From Chlamydiales bacterium (GTDB lineage Bacteria > Chlamydiota > Chlamydiia > Chlamydiales > JAAKFR01), in assembly GCA_041395025.1 (NCBI GenBank), contig JAWLBH010000001.1, positions 1,287,053 through 1,319,052 on the forward strand: 32,000 nt of DNA, read 5' to 3'. The position numbers were made by a program, and so were the translations under genes. Positions 16,190-24,574 of the stretch are shown in pieces. Every line of letters begins with the position of its first letter. Positions within the stretch are counted from its first letter, which is position 1. The notes below the pieces were generated by a model that was not told where the DNA came from, did no database searches, and saw nothing but the letters and a program-made list of their open reading frames with translations.

Positions 16190-17182
16190 ATGAAGATTTT
16201 AATTGTAAAAATGTCAGCAGCAGGGGATTTAATCCATACTTTTCCTGTAGTTAGTTATCTTAGGCAACGATTTCCCTCGGCTGAGATCGATTGGATTGTT
16301 GAAGCTTCTTTAACTGAAATAATAGAGGCACACCCTCATGTCAATCGAGTTTTAACAGTTGAGAGTAAAAAATGGTTACGTTCTTGTACTCATTGGCAAG
16401 AGATCAAAGCTTTTCGTGCGTCTCTCCATCAGTCTGTTTATGATGTAGTGTTTGATCTGCAGGGCAATATTAAATCTGCAATGATACTTGCACAAGTTAG
16501 AGCTAAGATTAAAGTGGGATTTGGTTGGAAAACACTTTCTGAATGGCCTAATGCTCTTTTTACTACACAGAAAATCAACCCACCACAAGGGAGAAACATT
16601 CGAGAAGATTATTTATCAATCGTTCAGAGTTATTTTAAAGATGAAAATTTTTTCCCTATTGAACCGATTAAATTACGTATTCATGATTCGGAACAGCCTC
16701 TTATCAAAGCTTTTCCTTCAGGTGGAACCATGGTTTGTCCAGGTACGGCTTGGCCAAATAAACAGCTTTCTTATGAGCAAATCCATGCTTTTTTAAAAAT
16801 ACTTGGAAAAAGTTTTTATATATTTATTTGGGGAAATCAGAAAGAAAAAGAGATCAGTATGCGTTTAGTTAAAAATTTTTCTGGTAGTCTAGTTTTAGAA
16901 CGCTATCGCTTACCAGTTTTACAACATATGATGGCAAAATCTCTTTGTGTCATTGCGATGGATTCTCTTCCCCTTCATTTATGTGGAACTACTCAGACCC
17001 CTACGATTGGTTTTTTTGGACCTTCATTAGCAAAAAAATATGGACCTATTGGGGAAATGCATCGGAAAATTCAAGGAGATTGTCCCTATAAAATAAAATT
17101 TGAAAAGAGATGCCCTAAATTAAGAACTTGCAAAACGGGAGCGTGTCTGAAAACACTGGTTATTGACGAAACTCTAATCTAA
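16190..17182 (+). CDS. Glycosyltransferase family 9, LPS heptosyltransferase I (WaaC/RfaC)-like
   Basis: N-terminus MKILIVKMSAAGDLIHTFPVVSYLRQRFPSAEIDWIVE parallels E. coli WaaC (MRVLIVKTSSMGDVLHTLPAL...DWVVEE). The C-terminal DSLPLHL region corresponds to WaaC DTGLSHL. I prefer the ATG at 16190 to the ORF-track TTG at 16187. Confidence 0.85.
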   Translation: MKILIVKMSAAGDLIHTFPVVSYLRQRFPSAEIDWIVEASLTEIIEAHPHVNRVLTVESKKWLRSCTHWQEIKAFRASLHQSVYDVVFDLQGNIKSAMILAQVRAKIKVGFGWKTLSEWPNALFTTQKINPPQGRNIREDYLSIVQSYFKDENFFPIEPIKLRIHDSEQPLIKAFPSGGTMVCPGTAWPNKQLSYEQIHAFLKILGKSFYIFIWGNQKEKEISMRLVKNFSGSLVLERYRLPVLQHMMAKSLCVIAMDSLPLHLCGTTQTPTIGFFGPSLAKKYGPIGEMHRKIQGDCPYKIKFEKRCPKLRTCKTGACLKTLVIDETLI

Positions 17183-17233
17183 GTATATATGAATATGTTT
17201 CTATTTTTTAATCTCGGATCAATTATCCATAGA

Positions 17234-18319
17234 TTATAAAAATTTCGAAAAATCGAGATTTGATTCGACTAGCTCAATGGCTTTTTTAATTTTTGAAATA
17301 TCTTCTTTGCAGATTTTTGCAGTAAAAGATGTGATCATACGCATCGCATTAAAGCTAGAATGGTTAGCATAGAGGCTCGGGATATTAGCTTTTTTTAACC
17401 CTTCAACTAAGTTAGCAGATGGTGGATAATGCCCTGTAAGGATTAAGCCATTTTGAGGTTCTTCATTGGGATTCTTTCGGTGATTAATCATACACAAGAT
17501 AATATCTTCTCTTATTGCAGGGGTAATAATGAGTTGATTCGCAGATAGTCGTTTTTTAAATGCTTCTAGAGAAGTTGCAACAAGGCGTATTGATTCAAAA
17601 TGACGATAATGGTAGGTTTCACCAGATAAAAGATGTGTTTTGAAGAGAGTTTCAAAATCTCCCATTGTTGGGGTGTTTAAGAATTTATTATAAGGTATAC
17701 TCCCAATAAGAGGAATATTCCAACATTTAAGAGCTTTATTGATATAGCTATTAACCATTGTTTGTTTTTCAGGAATGACCCGGTTAAGGATTACACCAGA
17801 AATTTTTACACCTAATCTGTCACATAGAGCTTTATTCAGAGCAAGCTGATCAAAAGTATTTCCAAGGCCTCCTTCTGCGATAATCACTAAGTCAAGGCCA
17901 AGAGTTTTCGCAACAGTTGCGTTGTTCAGTTGAATAATAGAACCTACACCAATATGGCCAGTTCCTTCAACAATTGTGAAGTCATTCTTTGAAGAAATAT
18001 GTTGAAACGAGTCAATAATTTTTTTCTTTAATAGATTAGCATCGATTCTTCCATCTAAATACTCTCGGGTAAAACCACGTGAAAAAATGACAGGACTCAT
18101 CTCTTCATACTTAGCAGGTAGTTGAAAGTATTCTTTAAATAAAACAACATCTTTATCAACAAGTAGACATTCATCAACGCATTCATGTTGTTGTCCTACT
18201 GGCTTCATAAATCCGAGTTGTGGGATTTTTTTCTTCATGGCTGCGATTATACCTAAACAAATTGTAGTTTTTCCGACATTTTGCCCTGTTGCAGCTACAA
18301 AAATTGCTTTTCTTGACAT
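17234..18319 (-). CDS. BioD-like P-loop domain + DRTGG domain protein (resembles the N-terminal regulatory half of phosphotransacetylase; no Pta catalytic domain)
   Basis: 361 aa. P-loop ATGQNVGKTT near the N-terminus, FKPV-like MKPVGQ, EGTG, and a C-terminal DRTGG-like segment (LIITPAIREDIILCMI...GLILTGHYPPSANLVEGLKKANIPSL). The layout parallels E. coli Pta residues 1-350 as I recall them. Confidence 0.65.
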   Translation of the reverse strand: MSRKAIFVAATGQNVGKTTICLGIIAAMKKKIPQLGFMKPVGQQHECVDECLLVDKDVVLFKEYFQLPAKYEEMSPVIFSRGFTREYLDGRIDANLLKKKIIDSFQHISSKNDFTIVEGTGHIGVGSIIQLNNATVAKTLGLDLVIIAEGGLGNTFDQLALNKALCDRLGVKISGVILNRVIPEKQTMVNSYINKALKCWNIPLIGSIPYNKFLNTPTMGDFETLFKTHLLSGETYHYRHFESIRLVATSLEAFKKRLSANQLIITPAIREDIILCMINHRKNPNEEPQNGLILTGHYPPSANLVEGLKKANIPSLYANHSSFNAMRMITSFTAKICKEDISKIKKAIELVESNLDFSKFL

Positions 18320-18345
18320 GCTAAAAACTCTATCTTGTTTTTCCG

Positions 18346-19359
18346 ATGAATTTTAATAACATAAAACAATGGTTTTTGTCTCATCGTCGTTCGCTTCCCT
18401 GGCGAGATCATCCAACTCCTTATAGAGTATGGGTTTCAGAAGTGATGCTTCAGCAGACACAGGTGAGTATCGTGATTCCTTATTTCTTACATTGGATGAA
18501 GGTATTTCCTACAATCCATGCTTTGGCTTCTGCCTCTTTAACAGATGTTTTAAAAATATGGGAAGGATTAGGGTATTATTCTCGTGCTCGTTATCTCCAT
18601 GAAGGAGCGCGTTTTTTAGTCTCTGAATATGGAGGTGAGCTTCCCTCTGATCCGATGAACTTAGCGAAAATTCATGGAATAGGACCATATACACAGTCAG
18701 CTATACGAAGCTTTGCTTTTAAAGCAAAGACAATCGCTATTGATGGTAATGTTTTGCGAGTTTTAAGTCGTTTTTTTGCAATTATTGAACCAATTGATAG
18801 AGAGACAACACGTAAAAAAATTCAACAACTTGCGGAAAATCTCCTACCTAATGAAGAGCCATGGCTTGTAAGTGAAGGATTGATTGAGCTAGGAGCCTTA
18901 GTTTGTAAAAAACAGCCTATTTGTTCGCAATGTCCTTTAATTGAAGATTGTTTGGCGTTTCGGTATAAAAAAACAGATCAGTTTCCTGTCCGAATCTCAC
19001 GTCAAAAAACGGTGTTTTTGCACAGATATGTTGCAATTATTAATTGTAGAGGAAAATTTATGATTCAAAAAGGAGAAAAAGGAAAAATCATGGCGGATTT
19101 GTATGAATTTCCATATGTAGATAGAAAAGGAGATGTAAAAGAGGTTTTTCAAGAAAATTTTGCTCTTCCACTGGATTATAGTTATCCACTTCCTGAACAA
19201 AAACATACCTTTACCCATTTTCATGCATACCTTTATCCACATCTATTTCAGACATCTAAGCAAGATGAACGTTTTGAGTGGAAGACATTAGAAGAGCTCA
19301 ATGAACTACCTTTTTCTGCAGGTCATAAAAGAATTTTAAAATCATTATCAAAAAGATGA
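18346..19359 (+). CDS. mutY: A/G-specific adenine DNA glycosylase
   Basis: 337 aa. WRDHPTPYRVWVSEVMLQQTQV, an HhH segment LAKIHGIGPYTQSAI, a four-Cys cluster CKKQPICSQCPLIEDC, and a C-terminal NUDIX-like domain. Confidence 0.93.
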   Translation: MNFNNIKQWFLSHRRSLPWRDHPTPYRVWVSEVMLQQTQVSIVIPYFLHWMKVFPTIHALASASLTDVLKIWEGLGYYSRARYLHEGARFLVSEYGGELPSDPMNLAKIHGIGPYTQSAIRSFAFKAKTIAIDGNVLRVLSRFFAIIEPIDRETTRKKIQQLAENLLPNEEPWLVSEGLIELGALVCKKQPICSQCPLIEDCLAFRYKKTDQFPVRISRQKTVFLHRYVAIINCRGKFMIQKGEKGKIMADLYEFPYVDRKGDVKEVFQENFALPLDYSYPLPEQKHTFTHFHAYLYPHLFQTSKQDERFEWKTLEELNELPFSAGHKRILKSLSKR

Positions 19360-19537
19360 GTATTATAGATACAAAAATCTCACTTGGTTAGGGCAGGAAA
19401 TGCCTATTTTGATCGAATATGAGGGGATGTATAGACATGACCATAAATTAATTTTAGCAATTCAAGGTGGAAGGAAGTTAGTACAGAAGGCAAGAGAAGC
19501 TGGCTTTTTTTGTCCATAAGCTTATCTTTAAAAAGAG

Positions 19538-19765
19538 ATGAATGCTCCAAATCTTTTATCTGAATTATCTCATTTTCAAGCACTATTCGGAATCGTTACC
19601 GTAGTATGCCCACTAGAAATTGATCCAGAGGATTGCCTAGTAGGTATACTAGGTATATTAAGAGGTTGGGAAAGAATTTTTGATTTTCTTGATGCAGCAA
19701 ACATTTTAAAAAATCTTCCTCAACTTAAATGGATAGTTGTCGGATCAGGAATCAGCAAAAAGTAA
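19538..19765 (+). CDS. Doubtful 75-aa ORF in the mutY-NUDIX gap
   Basis: The only ORF over 60 aa in a 513-bp gap. No RBS and no recognisable motif. It may be a gene remnant or noise. Confidence 0.2.
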   Translation: MNAPNLLSELSHFQALFGIVTVVCPLEIDPEDCLVGILGILRGWERIFDFLDAANILKNLPQLKWIVVGSGISKK

Positions 19766-19872
19766 TTTTTAAAAGAAGATAGAGAATTAGGTTTGGAGAA
19801 GAGTATGATTTTTACTGGCTGTCTTTTTTCATCCTTTTGGATAGAATGGAAAAAAGCTTGCAGTAAAGAATT

Positions 19873-20367
19873 TTACACTTCTTCATATGTGAAATAGGAT
19901 GAATCAGATTTATTCTTTATGAGATGGTGGATGATTAGATAAGTTTCATCAAAAATTTCTATGCCTCTATCTAAGGTCTCAATTTCTCTTAAAGTAAACC
20001 ATTTTAACCCACATGTCTCGTATTGATTACATCTTAGCTGACCAGCCAATGGTTTTCCTAAATAGATAAAATCGATGTGTTGATGAGCAGGTTCATTATT
20101 ATATTTAGGAATCTGTTCTAATAAACACATGTAAGGACGTTGAAAGCTTTTTCCATTAAATCGTGGCTTGACCCAGATATTTTCTTGAGAGATGAGTTGA
20201 ATATCTAAGCCAGTTTCTTCTTTTGCTTCACGAATAGCTCCTTCAGGAGGCAATTCATTTGATTTTAAATGCCCTCCAGGTGGAAGCCATTTTTTCATTT
20301 TTTTATGATAGATAAGCAAAGTTTGTTGATTTTCAAGGATAAAGACAGTTGCAGTATGTTGGATCAT
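19873..20367 (-). CDS. NUDIX hydrolase (MutT-family)
   Basis: 164 aa. Complete Nudix box GHLKSNELPPEGAIREAKEETGL (Gx5Ex7REUxEExGU). Confidence 0.9.
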   Translation of the reverse strand: MIQHTATVFILENQQTLLIYHKKMKKWLPPGGHLKSNELPPEGAIREAKEETGLDIQLISQENIWVKPRFNGKSFQRPYMCLLEQIPKYNNEPAHQHIDFIYLGKPLAGQLRCNQYETCGLKWFTLREIETLDRGIEIFDETYLIIHHLIKNKSDSSYFTYEEV

Positions 20368-20541
20368 CGTTTTTTTAAGAGGTATTTTGTATTTCCAAAT
20401 TTTTTTTCATTCAGTAATGAGTTTTAAAGAGATTTTAGAGAAAGAAATTATGAATGTTTTTCATTTTTTTTGTGAAAAATTTTTTCATCTGTAGAGAAGA
20501 AAAAGATTGTATTTTTATAAATAAATAAAGATCATTTTTTT

Positions 20542-20640
20542 GCCGGGGACCTCGTGGAAGATGAAACTCTGAACTAGGTCAGGATCGGAAGGTAGCAGCC
20601 TTAAGGATGGATGAGTCTGCCTCAGAGAATATCTCCGGCT
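20542..20640 (+). ncRNA. ffs: Signal recognition particle RNA (small bacterial 4.5S type)
   Basis: Conserved domain IV core CUAGGUCAGGAUCGGAAGGUAGCAGCCUUAAGG, compared with E. coli CCAGGUCAGGUCCGGAAGGAAGCAGCCAAGG, including the GGAA tetraloop. A closing helix is formed by GCCGGGGA (20542-20549) and UCUCCGGC (20632-20639), followed by a T-run from 20640. Confidence 0.85.
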
Positions 20641-20684
20641 TTTTTTCATCCGATCTTTATCAGAAAGAATCAGCTCTATTAGTC

Positions 20685-21548
20685 ATGGAAATCATTGAAA
20701 TCAAACAGTCTCTTGGCAATCTTTTATCTGCTTCTCTGTTCATTCTTTTGTTTCTCTTTTTCATTTTACGTTCAGACTATTTTCGCCTTTCATCGTTAGT
20801 CAATCCCTATTCTATTAGATGGCAAGAGGTCATGGGAATATTTTTGATCTACCTCTCCCTTGCATTTTTGATTTTACCAGCCATCAATGGAGGGATTTTC
20901 TATATTGCATTTGGAGAAACACGTATTTCTAACCATTGGTTAGGATGGGCTCAAATCTCCTCTCTTTTTATTATTTTCCTTTCTCTTTTAACTTATTGCT
21001 TTTCCATCCGAAGTGGGTTGCGTCGCTATATCTTTTGGGGACATCATAAGCCCTCTTCAAAGAGGTTTTTTAGATCAATAGGACTAGGTTTTTTGAGTTT
21101 TTTAATAAGCTACCCCTTTGTTTTGTGGATAGGTTTTTTCACAGGATTAATCTCTTTTTGGATTTGGGGAGAGGTGGCAGTTGAACAAGTAGCTGTGAAT
21201 CAAATAAAAATGACTCAAGGCTATCCAGTTATGTTTATTTGTATGGTGTTTTTCGTGGTAGGTTTAGTTCCTTTTATGGAAGAGCTTTTATTCCGAGGGT
21301 TTCTACAAACATTATTAAAACTTTATATAGGACGTACCTGGAGTCTTATTCTCACAGCACTCATATTTGCATTGGTCCATTTTTCTCTCAGCCAGGGTTT
21401 AGGGAATTTTCAACTCATTGCTTCTCTTTTTATTCTTTCTCTGTTTCTTGGTTTTATCTACGAAAAAGAACAGACTCTTTGGGCTCCAATAGCCTTACAC
21501 GCTACATTTAATGGGTTTAGTTTAATACTACTTACGTTTTCAAAATAA
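20685..21548 (+). CDS. CPBP-family intramembrane glutamic endopeptidase (CAAX protease/Abi family)
   Basis: Polytopic membrane protein with motif 1 FMEELLFRGF, motif 2 FALVHF and motif 3 HATFNG. I moved the start from 20607 to the ATG at 20685 because 20607-20640 lies inside the SRP RNA. Confidence 0.85.
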   Translation: MEIIEIKQSLGNLLSASLFILLFLFFILRSDYFRLSSLVNPYSIRWQEVMGIFLIYLSLAFLILPAINGGIFYIAFGETRISNHWLGWAQISSLFIIFLSLLTYCFSIRSGLRRYIFWGHHKPSSKRFFRSIGLGFLSFLISYPFVLWIGFFTGLISFWIWGEVAVEQVAVNQIKMTQGYPVMFICMVFFVVGLVPFMEELLFRGFLQTLLKLYIGRTWSLILTALIFALVHFSLSQGLGNFQLIASLFILSLFLGFIYEKEQTLWAPIALHATFNGFSLILLTFSK

Positions 21549-21574
21549 ATTTTTAGAATTTTATAAATAAAATC

Positions 21575-22429
21575 TTAGAATCGAATTTGGCTACTTAAAT
21601 AGGCGCCTTTCTCATCACCCCAATCTCCTTCAGCAGTTAAACTAATTTTCTCACAGTTGACAAAAGAGACTCCTATTGTATAACCCCATCTTTTTTTACT
21701 ACCTAAATTATATAAGATGGCTTCAGCTGGGAGTGCTTCATTAAAAAATCCATCTACAATAGTGTGGTTGAATTGCAGTTGTGATTGAGAAAATTTAATT
21801 GCGATATAAGGAACAAGCAGGTTAATGCGATGGGAAATTCCAAGACCAATTTGCCACTCTTGATATTTTCCGTTTAATTCATTAGGGTAAATGCTGAGAG
21901 AATCTGTCTGAGTTAAGCGACTAATATTGGGTTTTGTATAGAAATATTGTGCTTCTGCTCCCAATGTTGTCGACCCACAATCCCAAATCAGCGTCCGGAC
22001 TCCAATACTCCAAGAAAATTGGGTGTTAGTTTCAATTTGAAATCGACCTGACCCGTTTAATGCAAATGCTTGTTCATTTGTATTAATTAAGATATTTGTT
22101 CCACCAAAAGTAGCAAAGATATCAAAGTAATCCCAAAAGTTACACGCTAAAAAACCTGCATTTGTATTAATTTTTGTCTCTTCAATATCACAACGATATC
22201 GACTACTATCTACTTCCATATGTCTATTAAAGACATAGTTTCCATAAAAACCAAATCTGACACTGAAAGTGTCGAGCCAAGTTAAAGAGGGATCAGAAGG
22301 GTCTCCACAATGACCCTCTAAAAATAATCCATCACAGATTAAGCATGGATCAGCAGGATTGCTAACCGGAAGAGCATGACTAACACCTGTTGTTAGAATG
22401 ATCAAGAAAGCTAATATATATTTTTTCAT
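21575..22429 (-). CDS. MOMP-family outer-membrane porin (short form)
   Basis: 284 aa with a signal peptide. Mature N-terminus LPVSNPADPCLICDGLFLEGHCGDPSDPSLTWLDTFSVRFGFYGNYVFNR parallels C. trachomatis MOMP [47 protein letters not shown]. Seven Cys residues. The C-terminal residue is Phe (SSQIRF), typical of beta-barrel OMPs. Confidence 0.8.
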   Translation of the reverse strand: MKKYILAFLIILTTGVSHALPVSNPADPCLICDGLFLEGHCGDPSDPSLTWLDTFSVRFGFYGNYVFNRHMEVDSSRYRCDIEETKINTNAGFLACNFWDYFDIFATFGGTNILINTNEQAFALNGSGRFQIETNTQFSWSIGVRTLIWDCGSTTLGAEAQYFYTKPNISRLTQTDSLSIYPNELNGKYQEWQIGLGISHRINLLVPYIAIKFSQSQLQFNHTIVDGFFNEALPAEAILYNLGSKKRWGYTIGVSFVNCEKISLTAEGDWGDEKGAYLSSQIRF

Positions 22430-22700
22430 CTTCGATGTTTCTAAACCACATTTATTAAAATATCTGATAGAACAACTTAGATATAGGTGTTTTTCTATGG
22501 AATTTCAATAAGAAAAATGAGTCTGATTAGAAGTAGAACAAGTTTCAATCAGGAGATCAGTTTTTTATTGAATGATCTTGCTTAAGCTGAGAAAAAGAGA
22601 CCGATATTTTTTTTGAAAGAATTATTTTAGGATAAACTTTTTTTTATTATAACCAAATTGATATATTATGTTAAAACACTGTGCATTTTAGGTAATCAAT

Positions 22701-23468
22701 GTGATCCAGCCAACCTCTGTAATAGAATGTGTCGGTATCAGTGATATTGGCCTTATTCGTGATCATAACGAAGATGTTTGGAAAGCCTATCCAAATCTTG
22801 GTTTCTTTACTCTAGCTGATGGGATGGGTGGTCATGCTGCAGGAGAGGTGGCTGCTGATGAGTCAGTTTCTTATCTGTATAGACTGGTAGAAAAATGGCA
22901 CCCTAGTAAAGAAAGTGCTCCTGAAAAAACGGTTGATTTTTTTTATCATGCTCTTATTGAAGTCAACAACGCAATCTATGAAAAAGGAAGGCAAGAATCT
23001 GCTTGTGCTGGGATGGGAACGACAATTTGTGCACTTTATATTGATGAAATCTATGCGACTTTTGCACATGTAGGAGATAGCAGAATTTATCATTTAAGGG
23101 AGGGTGTATTGAGGCAATTAACAGAAGATCATTCCCTTGTATCCAATTTAATTGCTCTTGGCACGTTGAAAGATGACGAGCGTGCGACATCTCCCTACAA
23201 ACATATTCTAACAAGTGCGATAGGTATTCATCCACATGTCAAACCTCGAGTGAACTATCTAAAAATAGATTTTCAGGATTGTTTTCTTATCTGTTCTGAT
23301 GGTTTAAATAACCATGTCGACGACAATACTATTGAATCCATTTTAAATAAAAATATTCCTCTGAGTGTGCGTGCACAGTTGCTTGTTGATTTGGCAAAAG
23401 AAGGTGGAGGCAGAGATAATATCACTGTGATTCTTGTAAAAATAAATGACGATCTACCTAGACAATAA
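22701..23468 (+). CDS. PP2C-family Ser/Thr protein phosphatase
   Basis: 255 aa with a GTG start. Motifs SDIGLIRDHNED, LADGMGGHAAGEVA, GDSR, CSDGL and GGRDNITV. Confidence 0.92.
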   Translation: MIQPTSVIECVGISDIGLIRDHNEDVWKAYPNLGFFTLADGMGGHAAGEVAADESVSYLYRLVEKWHPSKESAPEKTVDFFYHALIEVNNAIYEKGRQESACAGMGTTICALYIDEIYATFAHVGDSRIYHLREGVLRQLTEDHSLVSNLIALGTLKDDERATSPYKHILTSAIGIHPHVKPRVNYLKIDFQDCFLICSDGLNNHVDDNTIESILNKNIPLSVRAQLLVDLAKEGGGRDNITVILVKINDDLPRQ

Positions 23469-24549
23469 TGCAACCACTTTTCTTGATCCTCGAGTCTTAG
23501 CTTCAATTGAAGCTTTATTGAGACAAAAAGTTGGAAATCCATCTAGCATTCACTCTTATGGACAAATTGGTCGAGCAATTTTAGCTAAAGCTACAAAAGA
23601 TGTAGCGAATTTTTTTTCTGTCCAACCCTCTGAAATTGTCTTTACTTCTGGAGCAACTGAAGCACTAAATATGGTCATACGTAGTCTTCCTGCTAAAAGT
23701 CATGTTATCACCTCTTCGCTCGAGCATATTGCTGTACTAGAGGCTTTAAAAATGATTCATTGTGAAATAGACTATCTCAATCCATGCCCTGGTTATGGCT
23801 CCATAACATCTCTTCAAGTACAAGAGGCTATGCGTTCTAATACTTCTGCCATTATTCTAACAGCTGCCAATAATGAAACGGGGATTATTACAGATATTGA
23901 ACTTATTGCTGATCTTTCTCAAAGATATGGAGTTGCTTTAATTATTGATGGGGTAGCGCGCCTTGGAAAAGGAAATTGGGTTTTACCTAAAGGAGTGTCA
24001 GCAGCTTGTTTTAGTGGACACAAAATTCATGGACCAAGTGGAGTAGGTGTGGCTGTGATTCGTAAATCATATACATGTCATCCAATAATAGTTGGTGGTC
24101 CTCAACAATATCGTATGCGAGGAGGGACAGAAAATTTAGCGGGGATTCTCGGTTTTGCAGAAGCATTAAAGTTTTTACCCACTTCTGGTAAGAAAATGAG
24201 AGATCTTCGCGATTATTTTGAGAATGGTTTAACTCAAAATCTATCTGGGATTTTTATTCATGGAATCAATGAATCAAGGCTTTGTAATACATCGAATATT
24301 GCATTTGAAGGCGTTGATGGCGAAACTCTACTGATGCAACTAGACTTATTAGGGATTAGTGCGAGTCATGGATCAGCTTGCTCATCTGGCGCTTTAGAAA
24401 CTTCTCGGGTTTTGCTCAACATGGGAATTGAACCTAGTCTTGCACGTAGCTCTATTCGTTTTTCGATCAGTAGGTTTACGACATTGAGTGAAATTGATAA
24501 AGCTCTGTCCATTGTGACCAAATGTATAAGAAATGCAAAAAAATTTTAA
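23446..24549 (+). CDS. Cysteine desulfurase (NifS/IscS-like, class V aminotransferase)
   Basis: 367 aa. IYLDNNATT at the N-terminus, PLP-lysine region FSGHKIHGPSGVG, and catalytic-Cys loop SHGSACSSG. Overlaps the PP2C gene by 23 nt. Confidence 0.92.
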   Translation: MTIYLDNNATTFLDPRVLASIEALLRQKVGNPSSIHSYGQIGRAILAKATKDVANFFSVQPSEIVFTSGATEALNMVIRSLPAKSHVITSSLEHIAVLEALKMIHCEIDYLNPCPGYGSITSLQVQEAMRSNTSAIILTAANNETGIITDIELIADLSQRYGVALIIDGVARLGKGNWVLPKGVSAACFSGHKIHGPSGVGVAVIRKSYTCHPIIVGGPQQYRMRGGTENLAGILGFAEALKFLPTSGKKMRDLRDYFENGLTQNLSGIFIHGINESRLCNTSNIAFEGVDGETLLMQLDLLGISASHGSACSSGALETSRVLLNMGIEPSLARSSIRFSISRFTTLSEIDKALSIVTKCIRNAKKF

Positions 24550-24574
24550 AAAATCCTACTTTTATTATATATGA

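Noticed and set aside
19404-19517. 37-aa minus-strand ORF (MDKKSQLLLPSVLTSFHLELLKLIYGHVYTSPHIRSK) in the mutY-NUDIX gap.
   Set aside because: No RBS, no motif, and it is unsupported by any flanking context. It is indistinguishable from noise.
20607-20684. First 26 codons of the ORF-track CPBP protease call (MDESASENISGFFSSDLYQKESALLV).
   Set aside because: Positions 20607-20640 lie inside the SRP RNA and its terminator U-run. I moved the coding start to the ATG at 20685.
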